NCBI GenBank assembly: GCA_963722825.1
Contig: CAVROI010000001.1
Location: forward strand, 1,381,370-1,445,369
Source of the DNA: an uncultured Gemmatimonadales bacterium
Lineage (GTDB): Bacteria; Gemmatimonadota; Gemmatimonadetes; Gemmatimonadales; GWC2-71-9
DNA: 64,000 nucleotides
Reading direction: 5' to 3'
Below are positions 21,536 through 32,088 of this stretch, one piece after another (the first letter of the stretch is position 1; every line of letters begins with the position of its first letter). The translations under genes and the position numbers were made by a program. The notes beneath the pieces are model-generated. The model made no database searches, was not told the origin of the DNA, and saw only the letters and a list, made by a program, of their open reading frames with translations.

Positions 21536-22336
21536 TCATGCCCTCACCAACGGAAGAAGCACCCCGATCAGCACACTCGCACCATCCATCAGGGCGTGCG
21601 CAATCGCGAGCGGAACCAACCGGCGAAGTCGCAGATACAAGAGCGTCTGGAAGACCGAGTTTGGCACCGCCGACACGAGGCGAAAAGCCATGAACTTCGG
21701 ATCAAAGGTCAACGGCATGAAGGAATGCTGCAGCGACCAGGCAAACGATACGAATACGATCGCCAGGCTCGTACTCCGACAAAGAACCTGGAAGCGGGGT
21801 AACAGATAGCCGTTATAGGTCATCTGCTCGGTCAGCCCCCAGATGAACGGGAACACCAGCACGCCATAGAGAGCGGCCGGCAATGGCAGGGTCCCGAAGA
21901 GGTACGGCGGCGTGAGCGTTCCATACAAGAGCCAACCGACCCCATAGATGCCACCAAGAATGAATACGAGGCTGGCAGGGATGAGGGCGAAGCCGAGCAG
22001 CGTATCGCGGACGAGATGCGTCCGCTCGAAGCCGACAAGATCGAACAGTCGGATGCCCTCGCGGCGCGTGAGCCGCCACAGTAGCGCCAGGCATCCGGCG
22101 TCGATCAATGTCCCGTACACCGGCAGCCATGGCTCAGCGGCATGCCATGGGGTCGGCGATCCTCGGAGGGCGAAGACGGCTGCGACAACGGCCTGCGCTC
22201 CTACGGCACACGCTGCGCGCGCAAACAGCATCAGTGCAGGACCGCGCCACGTCAGCATTGCTGCCTCCCGCCGCCGAAGGAGGGCCTCGTGGGAATTCGG
22301 TTCCATGAACGGAAATCCTAGCTTCCTTGGGGACAA
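21536..22336 (-). CDS. CPBP/Abi-like intramembrane protease family protein
   Basis: TEQMTYNGY, LQH, RRLVPLAIAH; start uncertain. Confidence 0.65.
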   Translation of the reverse strand: MSPRKLGFPFMEPNSHEALLRRREAAMLTWRGPALMLFARAACAVGAQAVVAAVFALRGSPTPWHAAEPWLPVYGTLIDAGCLALLWRLTRREGIRLFDLVGFERTHLVRDTLLGFALIPASLVFILGGIYGVGWLLYGTLTPPYLFGTLPLPAALYGVLVFPFIWGLTEQMTYNGYLLPRFQVLCRSTSLAIVFVSFAWSLQHSFMPLTFDPKFMAFRLVSAVPNSVFQTLLYLRLRRLVPLAIAHALMDGASVLIGVLLPLVRA

Positions 22337-22376
22337 TCTGCACGGGTGCCTCTTCCGCGATTCCTGGACGAGCGCT

Positions 22377-22471
22377 GCCTAACGACCTGCGCACTGGTTG
22401 CAGGCGATCGTGCTCGCGCGGTAGGGCGGGACGGGACCAGTCCGGCCTGTCAGATGCATTGCTCGTCAGGC
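22377..22471 (-). repeat. attC site, degenerate
   Basis: GCCTAAC...GTCAGGC, shortened. Confidence 0.6.
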
Positions 22472-22880
22472 CGCAGAGTGGGCGCGATGATGGCGGCGTG
22501 CCGTCCAGCGTGCACCAGCCACCGCGACGACAAAGGTGATCCCGATCCCTAGGATGGCCGTGCGGCTGGTCGTCCAATTGGACTCCAGCACGCCCAGCGC
22601 CAGGAAGTACAGCGCGGGCAAGGCAGACGGCCGCCGCCGCTCCAAGGGGGCCCAACCAGCCTCGCCACACGACGAGCACCGCTCCCACAGGGTAGAGCAG
22701 GACGTATGCCCACCAGTACGGCACAGAGCGAAGGCCTGGTGCATAGAAGTACCGGAGAAAGGCTCCGAAATGGGACTTGCCGCCCGAAGAGACCTCCGTC
22801 GGGCGCTTGTCGGCTGCATGGCGGGTTGGCTGCTGCGTCGTACGGGCCTTAGGAGCCGACCGGCATGCACTGCACATCCA

Positions 22881-23201
22881 TCAGCGGTAATCGTCGCGAC
22901 ACGGATAGAACACATCGAGGACGACGCTGGCGGTAAGGGCGCGCGCAGAATGGCGCTCATGTGGTGCGATATAAAGCATCTGGCCCGGCCGCAGGACGTG
23001 TGCGACACCGGAGATCGTAAGCTCGAAGGAGCCGCTAAGCAGCAAGGTCCACTGCTCGTGCGGATGGGAGTGATCGGGTATGACGGCGCCGGAAGCGATG
23101 TCGACTCGGCCTTGCGTAATATGATCCGAGTGGAGATAGCGGCCGAGGTAGCCTGGAGCGACCTCGCGCGGGGCGACGGTGATGAAGTCAAGTAGCCTCA
23201 T
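22881..23201 (-). CDS. Cupin domain protein
   Basis: PDHSHPHEQ...DVFYPCRDDY. Confidence 0.85.
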   Translation of the reverse strand: MRLLDFITVAPREVAPGYLGRYLHSDHITQGRVDIASGAVIPDHSHPHEQWTLLLSGSFELTISGVAHVLRPGQMLYIAPHERHSARALTASVVLDVFYPCRDDYR

Positions 23202-23246
23202 GGAAACTCCGGATAGCAAGCTGTTATTCGGAGCCGGACGCGGACA

Positions 23247-23381
23247 GCCTAACGAGCGGTGCATCAGCTGCAAGCGACTCGCCCACCTGCACTACCCTAC
23301 GTTCCACGAATCGCCATCGGAGTTCGGGCTGCAACCGAGCCTTGCGCAGGCGCACTTGTCAGCCGCATCCGCTTGTTAGGC
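23247..23381 (-). repeat. attC site
   Basis: GCCTAAC...GTTAGGC. Confidence 0.8.
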
Positions 23382-23402
23382 GTTGCCTGCACGCTTGGAC
23401 GC

Positions 23403-23984
23403 CTAGTGCGCCGTTGAGGCCCGCGTCACCTGGTGGCAGTCCTTCCGAGCTGCCCTCACCTCCGCCGGAGGGCGCGGGACAAACACCGCGCCCACCGGGG
23501 ACGACAGGAAGCGCAGGCACTTTTCGAACCCAGGCGTATTGAACAGGAATGCGATCGTGGCGGTATCAGAGCCGAGGGTATGAAAGCCGATCCACGTCCC
23601 GCGGGGGAGGAAGACCAGCCCCCCGGCTTCGGCGGGGTAGTTCGAGTCGCCGAGAGTGACCTGCACTCGGCCCCGGTGGACGAACGACACCTCGTCTTCC
23701 TGGAGGTGCTTATGGACGCCAATCGAATCGTTCGGGGGAATATCCTCCATGCCCACGGTGAAGGCCCGAGAGCCCAGAGTTTGGGGATCGACGTTGATCC
23801 AAATCGGTTTCCGGCCTTGGAGCATCCGGGCCTCTCCCTGGTCTCGCGCTAGTACCGCAGGCCTTCCGAAGGTGGAGACCGAATCTCCCCTGCGTGCCGG
23901 CGTCTGGCCGAAGAGGATGGCGGGGCAGCATCCGGCCACAGTCAGATGGAGGAGCGTTCGCCAAGGCGAGGATCGGCAAATCAT
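23403..23984 (-). CDS. Secreted cupin domain protein
   Basis: HKHLQEDE...PRGTW. Confidence 0.75.
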   Translation of the reverse strand: MICRSSPWRTLLHLTVAGCCPAILFGQTPARRGDSVSTFGRPAVLARDQGEARMLQGRKPIWINVDPQTLGSRAFTVGMEDIPPNDSIGVHKHLQEDEVSFVHRGRVQVTLGDSNYPAEAGGLVFLPRGTWIGFHTLGSDTATIAFLFNTPGFEKCLRFLSSPVGAVFVPRPPAEVRAARKDCHQVTRASTAH

Positions 23985-24072
23985 GGGTTACAACTCTCGG
24001 TGGGTGGCGGGCACTGGCGCCCCAGCGCGCACCCGCTTGCCGGCTGCATGCGCTGCCGGGGCTACCGCGGCG

Positions 24073-24444
24073 TCAATGCGGCGTGATCGGAGGGCGCGTG
24101 TCCTCGCCTTCCCGCCGTGAGGGCTCGGGAAGACGGGGTGGCGAGCCGAGCTGCTGGAGCAGCCGGGTCTGGGTCTCCCCGAGTTCTGCCAGTTTCGCCC
24201 CGATGTAGTCGGAGTTCTGCTCAAGGTTTGCGAGGCGTTCCTCCAAGACTCCCGGATCGGGTAGGGCTCCTTCGAGGCGCTGAAGCTTGCGGCGCGTACG
24301 CCACCACGCGATCGCGAAGCCGATGGTGCCGATTGCCCCGATCTTAGCCGCTCCAAACAGCAACCCGAGAGCGAAGCCGCTGAGCTGTGGGTCCACGACG
24401 CAATCCTGTCCAAGGGTGACCGTAACGTACCCGGAGAGTCGCAA
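24073..24444 (-). CDS. Hypothetical membrane protein with coiled coil
   Basis: TM segment plus helical tail; start uncertain. Confidence 0.55.
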   Translation of the reverse strand: MRLSGYVTVTLGQDCVVDPQLSGFALGLLFGAAKIGAIGTIGFAIAWWRTRRKLQRLEGALPDPGVLEERLANLEQNSDYIGAKLAELGETQTRLLQQLGSPPRLPEPSRREGEDTRPPITPH

Positions 24445-24657
24445 GAGGGGAAACCTGCGTGTAGACCGACGGCCGCGGAGCCAGGCCGCCGGCGCCGGGC
24501 CTCCCCCCGCCGTGGCGACCGCGCCCAGCGAGCGCCTCGGGAGAAGGGTACGGCGCTCCTGGCGAGTGGGAGGTCGATGGGGTGCGGAAACCGTTGCCGG
24601 TGGAGCGGGAGAAGAAGGCGCGGCGATCGAAGGCGAGCAGCAGTCCGGCCCACTGCG

Positions 24658-25095
24658 TCATTGGCTGTGTTCCCCAAGACGCTTGCGCATCAGCAAGTTC
24701 TTGTGGCCGCGCGGATGATCATCCACCACAGCGATGACCTCAAACCCGTGCCTGGCATAAAACTCCGGGGCCTGGAACGTGAACGTCATGAGAAGAATTT
24801 GCCGGCAGCCCCGCTGGCGAGCCTCTTGCTCTGCTGCCCCAAGCAGTCTTGTCCCCAGCCCCTGTTTTCGCCGCGCCTCTTCGACCCAGAACTGGCGGAG
24901 CTCCAGGCACCCGCCCCACGTGTTCCCGCAGATCCCGGCAACGATTCGACCTTTCTCGTCCTTCACGAAGATCGCCAACCACTCGCCGTCTGTGATGCCT
25001 GTCGCACCCGAGTTGAACTCATAGATTCGGTCCTCCAGATACTGGACCTGATCCGGCGTCGGCTCCGCGGTGATGAGGAGTTCGGAAGTGGGCAT
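24658..25095 (-). CDS. GNAT acetyltransferase
   Basis: RKQGLGTRLL...TFTFQAPEFY. Confidence 0.9.
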   Translation of the reverse strand: MPTSELLITAEPTPDQVQYLEDRIYEFNSGATGITDGEWLAIFVKDEKGRIVAGICGNTWGGCLELRQFWVEEARRKQGLGTRLLGAAEQEARQRGCRQILLMTFTFQAPEFYARHGFEVIAVVDDHPRGHKNLLMRKRLGEHSQ

Positions 25096-25135
25096 CGTTT
25101 GACACCTCGTTGCTCGTTGCCTCGTTGCGGGAGCG

Positions 25136-25272
25136 GCCTAACGACCTCCGCATCAGTTGCAAGCGACACGCGTCCGCCTGCACAATCGGTTCGTTCCACT
25201 GCTCTCATCGGAACCTGTCGACCGAGCGGCCGTCGCGCGGACGCGCTTCTCGGCTGCGTGCACTGGTCAGGC
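25136..25272 (-). repeat. attC site, degenerate
   Basis: GCCTAAC...GTCAGGC. Confidence 0.7.
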
Positions 25273-25381
25273 GGCCACTCACAGCAATTTTCCATAGCGG
25301 CACGGCTTGACAACCTTCAGAAACGACCGCATCTAGGAACAATCGCCAACAATTGTCCGTTTCTCGCACTCGGAGCTGCCC

Positions 25382-25672
25382 ATGTACATCTTGGTCCAGC
25401 ACTCGATCTCCGAGCCAGCCCCGTTTTGGAATGCGGCTGACCCCAACACGATCTCACCCCAGATCAAGCTCCACCACACCTTTCCAACTCCCGACGGGAC
25501 CCGGGCCGTATGCATTTGGGAAGCCGCTTCAGTCGACGAGCTACGCAGTCTGCTGGAGCCCCTCATCGGGCGCATCAGTCGCAACGAGTACTTCCCAGTT
25601 GAGAACCGGGAAGGGTTCGCGCGCCCCTCAGGCGTTCCACAGGCAGCAACTGCGGGTTCCCCAGGTCGCTAG
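25382..25672 (+). CDS. Hypothetical protein (inverted cassette)
   Basis: GGAG RBS; AVCIWEA motif. Confidence 0.65.
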   Translation: MYILVQHSISEPAPFWNAADPNTISPQIKLHHTFPTPDGTRAVCIWEAASVDELRSLLEPLIGRISRNEYFPVENREGFARPSGVPQAATAGSPGR

Positions 25673-25784
25673 AGGAATCACGAAACGAGACTCGGGCCTC
25701 GGGCCTCGGGCGCAATCCCGAGGCCTTTCCTTTGATGCCCGCTTGAAGTTGGTGCTCGATCTTCCCCTGATCTCCCCGCACGTG

Positions 25785-25923
25785 GCCTAACGACCGGCGC
25801 ATCAGCCCCAAGCGGTAAGCCTCCCGCCCGCACTATCACGACGTTCTTTTTCGTTGATCGGAATCTGCCGCCCGAATAGAGCCGCACTCGGATGCGCCTG
25901 TCGGCTGTATGCGGGGATTAGAC
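25785..25923 (-). repeat. attC site, degenerate
   Basis: GCCTAAC...ATTAGAC. Confidence 0.7.
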
Positions 25924-26475
25924 CGCGCGCCGCCGCGCCAGGCCGCGAATATCCGCCACAAGCTCCGGGAATTGCGCCTGATTGAACTCGTGGCCGCGAT
26001 CGTCCAGAACCCGCACAGTGGCGTGAGGGAGAACCCGCCGATAGCGCTCCAGGTGGTCGATCGGGATCTCGGTATCGTCCCTGCTGTGGTACAGACAGAT
26101 CGGCGATACGTCACGCAGGCGTGCCCCAAAGTCGGGCGGTAGCGCAAACTCCGGGAGGTCCGGTCCCCAGAATGGAGTGGCGACCAGAAATAGGCCCGCC
26201 AGAGCAGGGCGGTACACGGTCTCTGCGAGATACTTGAGAAGAACGGAAGCTCCGAAGGAGTGGCCCACCAGAATAGGTCCGCGAGTACTTCGGATGAGTT
26301 CATCGATACGGCGAGCCCAGGTCCAGTACTGTGGGTGCCCTGGGCGGGGCATGCGGGGGGCCAGGACCCGATACCCCCGCCCCAGAGCATTCCCGAGCAG
26401 CGGCTCCCAATACACTTTGCCTCGCCGCCGCCGGGGCTCTCCCGAACCATGAATCACGAGGACGCTTCGCGCCAT
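25918..26475 (-). CDS. YdeN-like alpha/beta hydrolase
   Basis: IHG, GHSFG, HSRDD, GHEF; stop codon inside attC R''. Confidence 0.85.
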   Translation of the reverse strand: MARSVLVIHGSGEPRRRRGKVYWEPLLGNALGRGYRVLAPRMPRPGHPQYWTWARRIDELIRSTRGPILVGHSFGASVLLKYLAETVYRPALAGLFLVATPFWGPDLPEFALPPDFGARLRDVSPICLYHSRDDTEIPIDHLERYRRVLPHATVRVLDDRGHEFNQAQFPELVADIRGLARRRAV

Positions 26476-26523
26476 GAGGCAAGGTCACTCCGTCAGCACG
26501 GGCGAGCAAGAAGGGAACGCGCT

Positions 26524-26659
26524 GTCTAACGACTGGCGCTTCAGCTGCAAGCGCCTCGCCCGCCCTGCACTGACTTACGTTCCGCCGTCCGCCAGCGGCG
26601 GGTGGCGGACACCAGAACTCAGCTCGGACGCGCATGTCGGCTGCATGCGCTGGCTAGGC
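26524..26659 (-). repeat. attC site
   Basis: GTCTAAC...GCTAGGC. Confidence 0.75.
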
Positions 26660-26773
26660 GGCAGTGCAGTGCCTCAGCACCGCCAAATGTGAACCAGCTC
26701 ACCGCAGCTTACTCTGCCCCGTCCGACACTACGAGTTGTTGCTCACGCTCACATCGCCCCTGGGAGTTCCCTC

Positions 26774-27274
26774 ATGCTGCTGCGATCGCTCCGCTTCGTG
26801 ACCCTGATGCTTGGGGCCCTCGCCCTTACCATGACCTCTGCCCATCTCCTGGAACTGCCTCAGAAGCTAGACTACGCCCCGACCCTCTACGCGGCCGTGA
26901 ATACCACCCTCTACCGGTACTTCGCCATCGTCGGCGGCGCGTATACGGTCACGTCCATCCTCGCGGCAGGGATGCTCAGCCTGCTCGTCCGGCATCGGGG
27001 AACGACGTTTCCCTGGACCGTCAGTGGGTTCGCGGCCCTGTTGGCCGCCTTCGTGAGTTGGCTCGTCCTCGTCGCCCCCGTCAACGCTCGGATCGCGGCC
27101 GCAGTCGAGACTCACTCCGACTCGGTGCCCGCTCTTTGGCAGCTCCTGCGGAATCGATGGGAATACGGGCACGCTACCGGCTTCGTGCTGCAGCTCCTCG
27201 GCCTCGCCGCGCTGGTAGTCTCTATTCTCGTCGAAACGCCCACGGGGACCGATATGACGGGGACTGCCCCCTAA
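26774..27274 (+). CDS. DUF1772/anthrone oxygenase-like membrane protein
   Basis: AHLLELP, PVN, RNRWEYGH. Confidence 0.7.
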   Translation: MLLRSLRFVTLMLGALALTMTSAHLLELPQKLDYAPTLYAAVNTTLYRYFAIVGGAYTVTSILAAGMLSLLVRHRGTTFPWTVSGFAALLAAFVSWLVLVAPVNARIAAAVETHSDSVPALWQLLRNRWEYGHATGFVLQLLGLAALVVSILVETPTGTDMTGTAP

Positions 27275-27400
27275 CCTGCGCATCGGCTGCACGCGACTCG
27301 CTCGCTCATGCACCATCCTATGTTCCATTGGGCGATCCCTGGAGGCTTGGTCGCGACTGCTCGGCCCAGCCGCGCTCGTCGGCTGCGAGCGCCAGAGTTC
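27269..27400 (-). repeat. attC site, degenerate
   Basis: CCCTAAC..GCGCATCGGCTGC; right core eroded. Confidence 0.55.
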
Positions 27401-28031
27401 AGTAATGCGGTGGCAACTGCGAGGTGGTCCCCGCTCCGTGCAGAACGGCGGCGCCGTGCATCAGTACATGTGCGACCAGCGGAGCGATCGGGCTACCGGT
27501 CAGAAGATACGCCAGCGTAATCAGGCCGTTGCCGATCAGCGGCTGCAGGAGCGCCGTGCTCTGAAACTCCGCGAAACCCCAGTGATACGCCGCGGTCACG
27601 AAGAGGCTGGCGCTCAGCCCCGCGAGCCCCCAGCGGAATCGGTCGACCGGGCGCCGTAGGCCCGCCGGGGGACGTGTACCATAGACACTCAGGACCGGCA
27701 CGATGGTGAGCAGGAGCGCGTCGAGGCTCCCATACACCAGCCCTTGCCAGAGGAGCGCGCTCGCCAGCGAGCCCCCGCTGGGTGGCGGTGAGCTTGGTTG
27801 CCGGAGCACGCTACGCACCAACAGTGCGCCGAAGAGCACCCCACCCAGCAGCCCAGCCCGCCACCGCCGCCGAACCTGGTCTCCGGCCTTGAGGTCGGTT
27901 AGCCGTGCGTACGCGAGCAGGAAGACGGTCACGACGCACAGGTAACCGACGATGAAGCGATTTCGGGACCAGTGAAGCGCGCCCGAAAAGAGGCCTGAAC
28001 TTGCCAAGCCTGTGACGGCGGCGACCCCCAC
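27399..28031 (-). CDS. Hypothetical multi-TM protein
   Basis: Six hydrophobic segments, YHWG.AEF; 5' end possibly truncated. Confidence 0.6.
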   Translation of the reverse strand: MGVAAVTGLASSGLFSGALHWSRNRFIVGYLCVVTVFLLAYARLTDLKAGDQVRRRWRAGLLGGVLFGALLVRSVLRQPSSPPPSGGSLASALLWQGLVYGSLDALLLTIVPVLSVYGTRPPAGLRRPVDRFRWGLAGLSASLFVTAAYHWGFAEFQSTALLQPLIGNGLITLAYLLTGSPIAPLVAHVLMHGAAVLHGAGTTSQLPPHY

Positions 28032-28101
28032 CCATAGCCCGGGAGAGCGCAGGGGTGCTCGTTCAGCTGCGGTCAGGGATCCTCCGGGGGCCTTTCGGTC
28101 T

Positions 28102-28236
28102 GCCTCACGACCGGCGCATCAGCTGCATCGCCTCGCTCGCCCTGCACTGACCTACGTTCCGCCGCCCGCCAGCGGCGGGTGGCGGTTGACTGGCCTCCGG
28201 CCAGACGCGCTTGTCGGCTGCCTGCGCGGGTCAGGC
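28102..28236 (-). repeat. attC site, degenerate
   Basis: GCCTCAC...GTCAGGC (both cores mutated). Confidence 0.65.
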
Positions 28237-28399
28237 GGCACCGGCTTTCGAGGTTGACCTACCGCCGCACCAGTACCACGACTTCGTGTCCATCATTGGT
28301 TAGGGCCGATACCGTGCGTAGGGTATCGCCTTGTATTGCGAACGGCAGGATCGCGGATGGCACGGTGCCCCTCTATGGTCACGAGAGTCCGTGTGACGA

Positions 28400-28780
28400 T
28401 CAGTGGCCTTCTTGAGAGGGCCGCCGGGGTGGCTCCAGTCGTCGACGTAGGGCCACCCCGAGCTTGGCCGGGATCAGGCAGAGCGCACCATAAAGAGCGA
28501 ACACGATCAAGCCGAGCGGCAGCAGGTTGGCACCGGGATTCTGGACCGTGGCCGCCAGCGCTTGCGCCCCGAACGGCATGAACGCCCAGCGCCAAGCGCG
28601 CTCCGGGGCAAAGAAGGCGAGCCCGGCAATCACGAGGGCCACCGAAGGCAGAAACCAGGAGAAGTACAAATCGCTGTCCCATGCCTCGCGGCGATGGGTG
28701 AGCTGACTGATCCCGAGCCAACCCACCGCACCGACGAGGGCGGCGATCGAATAGGCAAACGGGGGCCGCAGGGTCGTCAT
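28400..28780 (-). CDS. Hypothetical membrane protein
   Basis: REAWDS motif, four TM helices, GAGGAG RBS. Confidence 0.7.
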   Translation of the reverse strand: MTTLRPPFAYSIAALVGAVGWLGISQLTHRREAWDSDLYFSWFLPSVALVIAGLAFFAPERAWRWAFMPFGAQALAATVQNPGANLLPLGLIVFALYGALCLIPAKLGVALRRRLEPPRRPSQEGH

Positions 28781-28810
28781 CGCGAACTCCTCGTGGAATC
28801 AGTGCCGTGT

Positions 28811-28944
28811 GCCTAACACCGGCGCATCAGCTGCACGCGACTCGTCCACCTTGCACTGACCTACGTTCCGCCGCCCGCCAGCGGCGGTGACGGCTGACCG
28901 ACCTCCGCCCGGTGGCGGTTGTCGGCTGCATGCGCGGGGTAGCC
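28811..28944 (-). repeat. attC site, degenerate
   Basis: GCCTAAC...GGTAGCC. Confidence 0.7.
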
Positions 28945-28961
28945 AGCGCGGTGGAGAAGCT

Positions 28962-29375
28962 TCACCTTTCGGTGTCGTGCCCAAAGCACAGTCGATAGCC
29001 GTTGCAATCCTCGATATCGAAATCACGGCACCCGTAAGGCTGATCACAGATGTCACGCGTAATCTTGACGCCCTTGGACCTATACTCCGCATTCAGCGCG
29101 TCCGCATTGTCGATCCAGATGTACGCGTCCCAGGCTCCACCCTCAGGATCGACGAGGCGGTTGGGCCGCATGACTCCTGACTGTTCGAGCTGGGCCAACA
29201 TGATGACGACGCCGTTGCGTCGTACCATGCAGAAGGAGGGAGGCTCATTCCAGAAGCGCTCGTAGCGGAAGCCGAGTTTGTCACGGTAATAGTTGGCGGT
29301 GGTGACGACGTCGTCCACTACAAAATAGGGTGCGATGCTCCAACGCGGCCGCTCTGCGACGACCTTATCTGCCAT
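28962..29375 (-). CDS. VOC/glyoxalase family protein
   Basis: YYRDKLGF...QPYGCRDF.IEDCNG. Confidence 0.85.
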   Translation of the reverse strand: MADKVVAERPRWSIAPYFVVDDVVTTANYYRDKLGFRYERFWNEPPSFCMVRRNGVVIMLAQLEQSGVMRPNRLVDPEGGAWDAYIWIDNADALNAEYRSKGVKITRDICDQPYGCRDFDIEDCNGYRLCFGHDTER

Positions 29376-29421
29376 CGTGGACCTCCGCGCCCGAGAAATG
29401 ATTGAGGGACGACCCCGCGCT

Positions 29422-29558
29422 GCCTAACGACCGCGCATCAGCTGCAAGCGACCCGCTCGCTCATGCGCTACCCGACGTTCCGCCGCCCGCCGATGGTGGG
29501 GTGGCGAGCATCGGAACCCGAACTCGGACACGCTATCGGCTGCATGCGCGGGCTAGGC
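29422..29558 (-). repeat. attC site
   Basis: GCCTAAC...GCTAGGC. Confidence 0.75.
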
Positions 29559-30096
29559 TGCACGCCACGCGGATTTCTCAATCGCATACACGGCGACCCG
29601 GTGCCGGCGCACAGTCGTCTCGCCTTCAAACCGCTCGCCCAGGCGTTCGGCCAGTCGCACCGAGCGTGTATTCTGTGGATCGATAAGACTGATGGCGCGA
29701 GGCCAGCCCAGTCGGTCGAACGCTTCAGCCAATGCCGCCCGCGCGGCTTCGGCGGCATAACCCCGCCCCCAAAACGACCGAGCCAGGGCCCACGCGATTT
29801 CGCGGTCGGGCCAACCCTCAGGATAGTGTAAGCCCACCCGGCCGACGAAGGCACCGGTCTCGCGTTCCTCGACCGCCCACATCCCGAAGCCGCGGAGCTT
29901 CCAGTGACCTACCAGCATCGCCAACTGCCGCCAGGCATCCTCGCGACTCAGCACACCGCGATCGCCCACGTAGCGCATTACTTCGGAATCCGCGCATAGG
30001 GCGGCATACGGGTCGAAATCTTCGGCCCGAAACGGACGAAGACGCAGACGCGCGGTTTCAAGGGTGGTGGGCAGCTGTACCCCTCTCGAGGCTCAT
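29553..30096 (-). pseudogene. RimJ/RimL-type GNAT, probable 5' frameshift
   Basis: LETARLRLRPF...WGRGYAAEA is open, but the upstream ATG at 30096 is in another frame. Confidence 0.65.
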
Positions 30097-30109
30097 CGTG
30101 CGGCCCAAC

Positions 30110-30433
30110 TGTAGTTGATGAAGACGTTGTTCACCGATGCGCTGCGAGTCGTGGCATGGGAGTGAGCCCGTTGATGCCCATGTGGAACCGGTCCGGGTTG
30201 CAGTATCGCAGGAAATCCGGCAGGGCGCTCGCCCGCGCGAGGGCCGTCGGGTACGAGCGGGCGTAGGCCCATTCCCCGAGACAGGTGCGAATGAAGCGTT
30301 CGGCCTTACCGTTGGTCTGCGGCCGGTAGGGCCGGGTCCAGTAGTGTCGCAGGCCCGGTCGGCCGCATAGGACGCCAAAGTGGAGTCCGCGATAGGCACT
30401 GCCGTTGTCGGTCAGGAGGCCCCGCCCCCCCAC
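30110..30433 (-). mobile_element. IS481-family remnant (3' end of transposase plus terminal IR)
   Basis: LTDNG, TRPYRPQTNGKAERF; terminal TGTAGTTGATGAAGACGTTGTTCA. Confidence 0.8.
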
Positions 30434-30514
30434 GCCGCGAGCCGCAAACCAGAACGACTATCTCTCGCCCGGCGAGCACGAAGCCCACTCTGCTCTCGAT
30501 GCCACTTAACCGCG

Positions 30515-30539
30515 TGTCCACTTTTCTGGGGCAACTTCA
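30515..30539. mobile_element. Isolated IS3-like terminal inverted repeat
   Basis: Reverse complement TGAAGTTGCCCCAGAAAAGTGGACA resembles IS3-family ends; abuts a half attC (30540-30563). Confidence 0.5.
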
Positions 30540-30581
30540 GTCGGCTGCATGCGCGGATTAGGCGGCGCCAGACAAGGTCGC

Positions 30582-30950
30582 TCAGTCAGTGCCCACGCTG
30601 AGGTAGAGCAGCAGCGCAGCAGCCCCAAGTGCCAAATAACCGAATCCGATGCTTCGCAGCCCACCCCGTTCCTGATTGCCGAGCCGCACCGAGTCCACCG
30701 TGCTCCGCGCAATCACCACACGACAGCTGTCGCAGTCCGGCGGTCGGTGGAAGGGTACTCCGGTTAAGGAGTCGGTGCCGAGCGTCACCGCGTGCAGTAC
30801 TCGAGTCTCGTGCCCCATCCAGAGCTGAACCTGCGCGCGAACGGGCAACGCCCGGGGTGTCAGATCATCAAGACGGTGCCAGCCGGCACCACACCCGCCA
30901 AGTGCCCAGGGCAGGAGAATAGCCATCCAGGTGGCAGGGGTGTGGCGCAT
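30582..30950 (-). CDS. Hypothetical lipoprotein
   Basis: LGGC lipobox, CDSC motif. Confidence 0.6.
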   Translation of the reverse strand: MRHTPATWMAILLPWALGGCGAGWHRLDDLTPRALPVRAQVQLWMGHETRVLHAVTLGTDSLTGVPFHRPPDCDSCRVVIARSTVDSVRLGNQERGGLRSIGFGYLALGAAALLLYLSVGTD

Positions 30951-31026
30951 CGCGATCCCTTTGCCTCATCTTGTTCTTGACGCGTCCCTTGAGCGTGACC
31001 TCTTCATTGCCGAATGCAGGTGCGTC

Positions 31027-31164
31027 GCCTAACGACCTGCGCATCAGCTGCAAACGGCAGGCTTCCCGCCCGCGCAATCACTACGTTCCATTGCTTTCAC
31101 TGAGACTTCCCGCCCGAGCAGGTCGCGTTCGGACGCGCTTGTCGGCTACATGCGCGGCTTAGGT
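31027..31164 (-). repeat. attC site
   Basis: GCCTAAC...CTTAGGT. Confidence 0.7.
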
Positions 31165-31177
31165 GGCAAGGCTCAGG

Positions 31178-31618
31178 CTACGGCTCGGGGTGCTTGGGCT
31201 CTACCTGGTCCAGCAACCGATGGACGCTATCTGGCGTCATCCCCATGTCGCGCAGGATTTGCTCCTTGCTCGACCGCGTGAAGTCGATACGGTGTGCTTC
31301 AAAGATCCACTCCCGGGCCAACGGGGCATCCAGCGCCTGCTCCTGACGCAACACCCATCCGCTCTCGTCCACAAAGAGACATCGGGCGTGCTCCAGCGAC
31401 TCGAAGTCGTTTTCATTCCATTGTCGGTCGCGTGGATGCCAGAACCGCGTGCGGAGGCTGCTGCCGCCCGAGGCGGCTTCCCCGCCCGCGAGCGCACGAG
31501 TCGTCACCACGACGAGATGAATCCGTGACGAGGCGACGCTGCCCTCTGGGCTCTCGCTTGGACTCGGTATCGGCTCCTGCCCGGTGAGTGGCCCTTCGGC
31601 TGGATCGTTAGGATGCAT
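31178..31618 (-). CDS. Hypothetical protein
   Basis: AGGAGG RBS; fills the cassette. Confidence 0.6.
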   Translation of the reverse strand: MHPNDPAEGPLTGQEPIPSPSESPEGSVASSRIHLVVVTTRALAGGEAASGGSSLRTRFWHPRDRQWNENDFESLEHARCLFVDESGWVLRQEQALDAPLAREWIFEAHRIDFTRSSKEQILRDMGMTPDSVHRLLDQVEPKHPEP

Positions 31619-31673
31619 GGGCCCCTCCTGTAAGGTTTGCTTGAAGCGTAACTGCAGGAGAACGCCCGTTGCC

Positions 31674-31811
31674 ACCTAACGGCTGGCGCCTCAGCTGCAA
31701 GCGACTCGCTGGCGCATGCATCAACCCTACGTTCCGCCGCCCGCCATCGGCGGGTGGCGGCCACCGGAACCCAGCTCGGAGGCGCGTGTCGCCTGCATAC
31801 GCTTGTTAGGT
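31674..31811 (-). repeat. attC site
   Basis: ACCTAAC...GTTAGGT. Confidence 0.8.
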
Positions 31812-31866
31812 GTCAGGCTCACCGGACGCTAGATTGTCTGCAGTCTATACGGCCGAGGAACCCAGC

Positions 31867-32088
31867 ATGAAGCTCGAACTCACTGCTGTCTTTCGGAAGG
31901 TCCCCGAGGGCCATGTCGCCTTCGTTGAAGAGCTTCCAGGCGCGAACTCTCAGGGGTCCACTCTCGATGAGGCCCGCACTAATCTACGCGAGGCTGTGGA
32001 GTTGACCCTCGAGACCAACCGGGCGCTGGCCGAAGAGGACTTGGCCGGAGCCGAGGTAATCCGTGAGCCACTCAGACTGACGGCGTGA
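31867..32088 (+). CDS. hicB: HicB family antitoxin
   Basis: ELPGANSQGSTLDEARTNLREA. Confidence 0.85.
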   Translation: MKLELTAVFRKVPEGHVAFVEELPGANSQGSTLDEARTNLREAVELTLETNRALAEEDLAGAEVIREPLRLTA

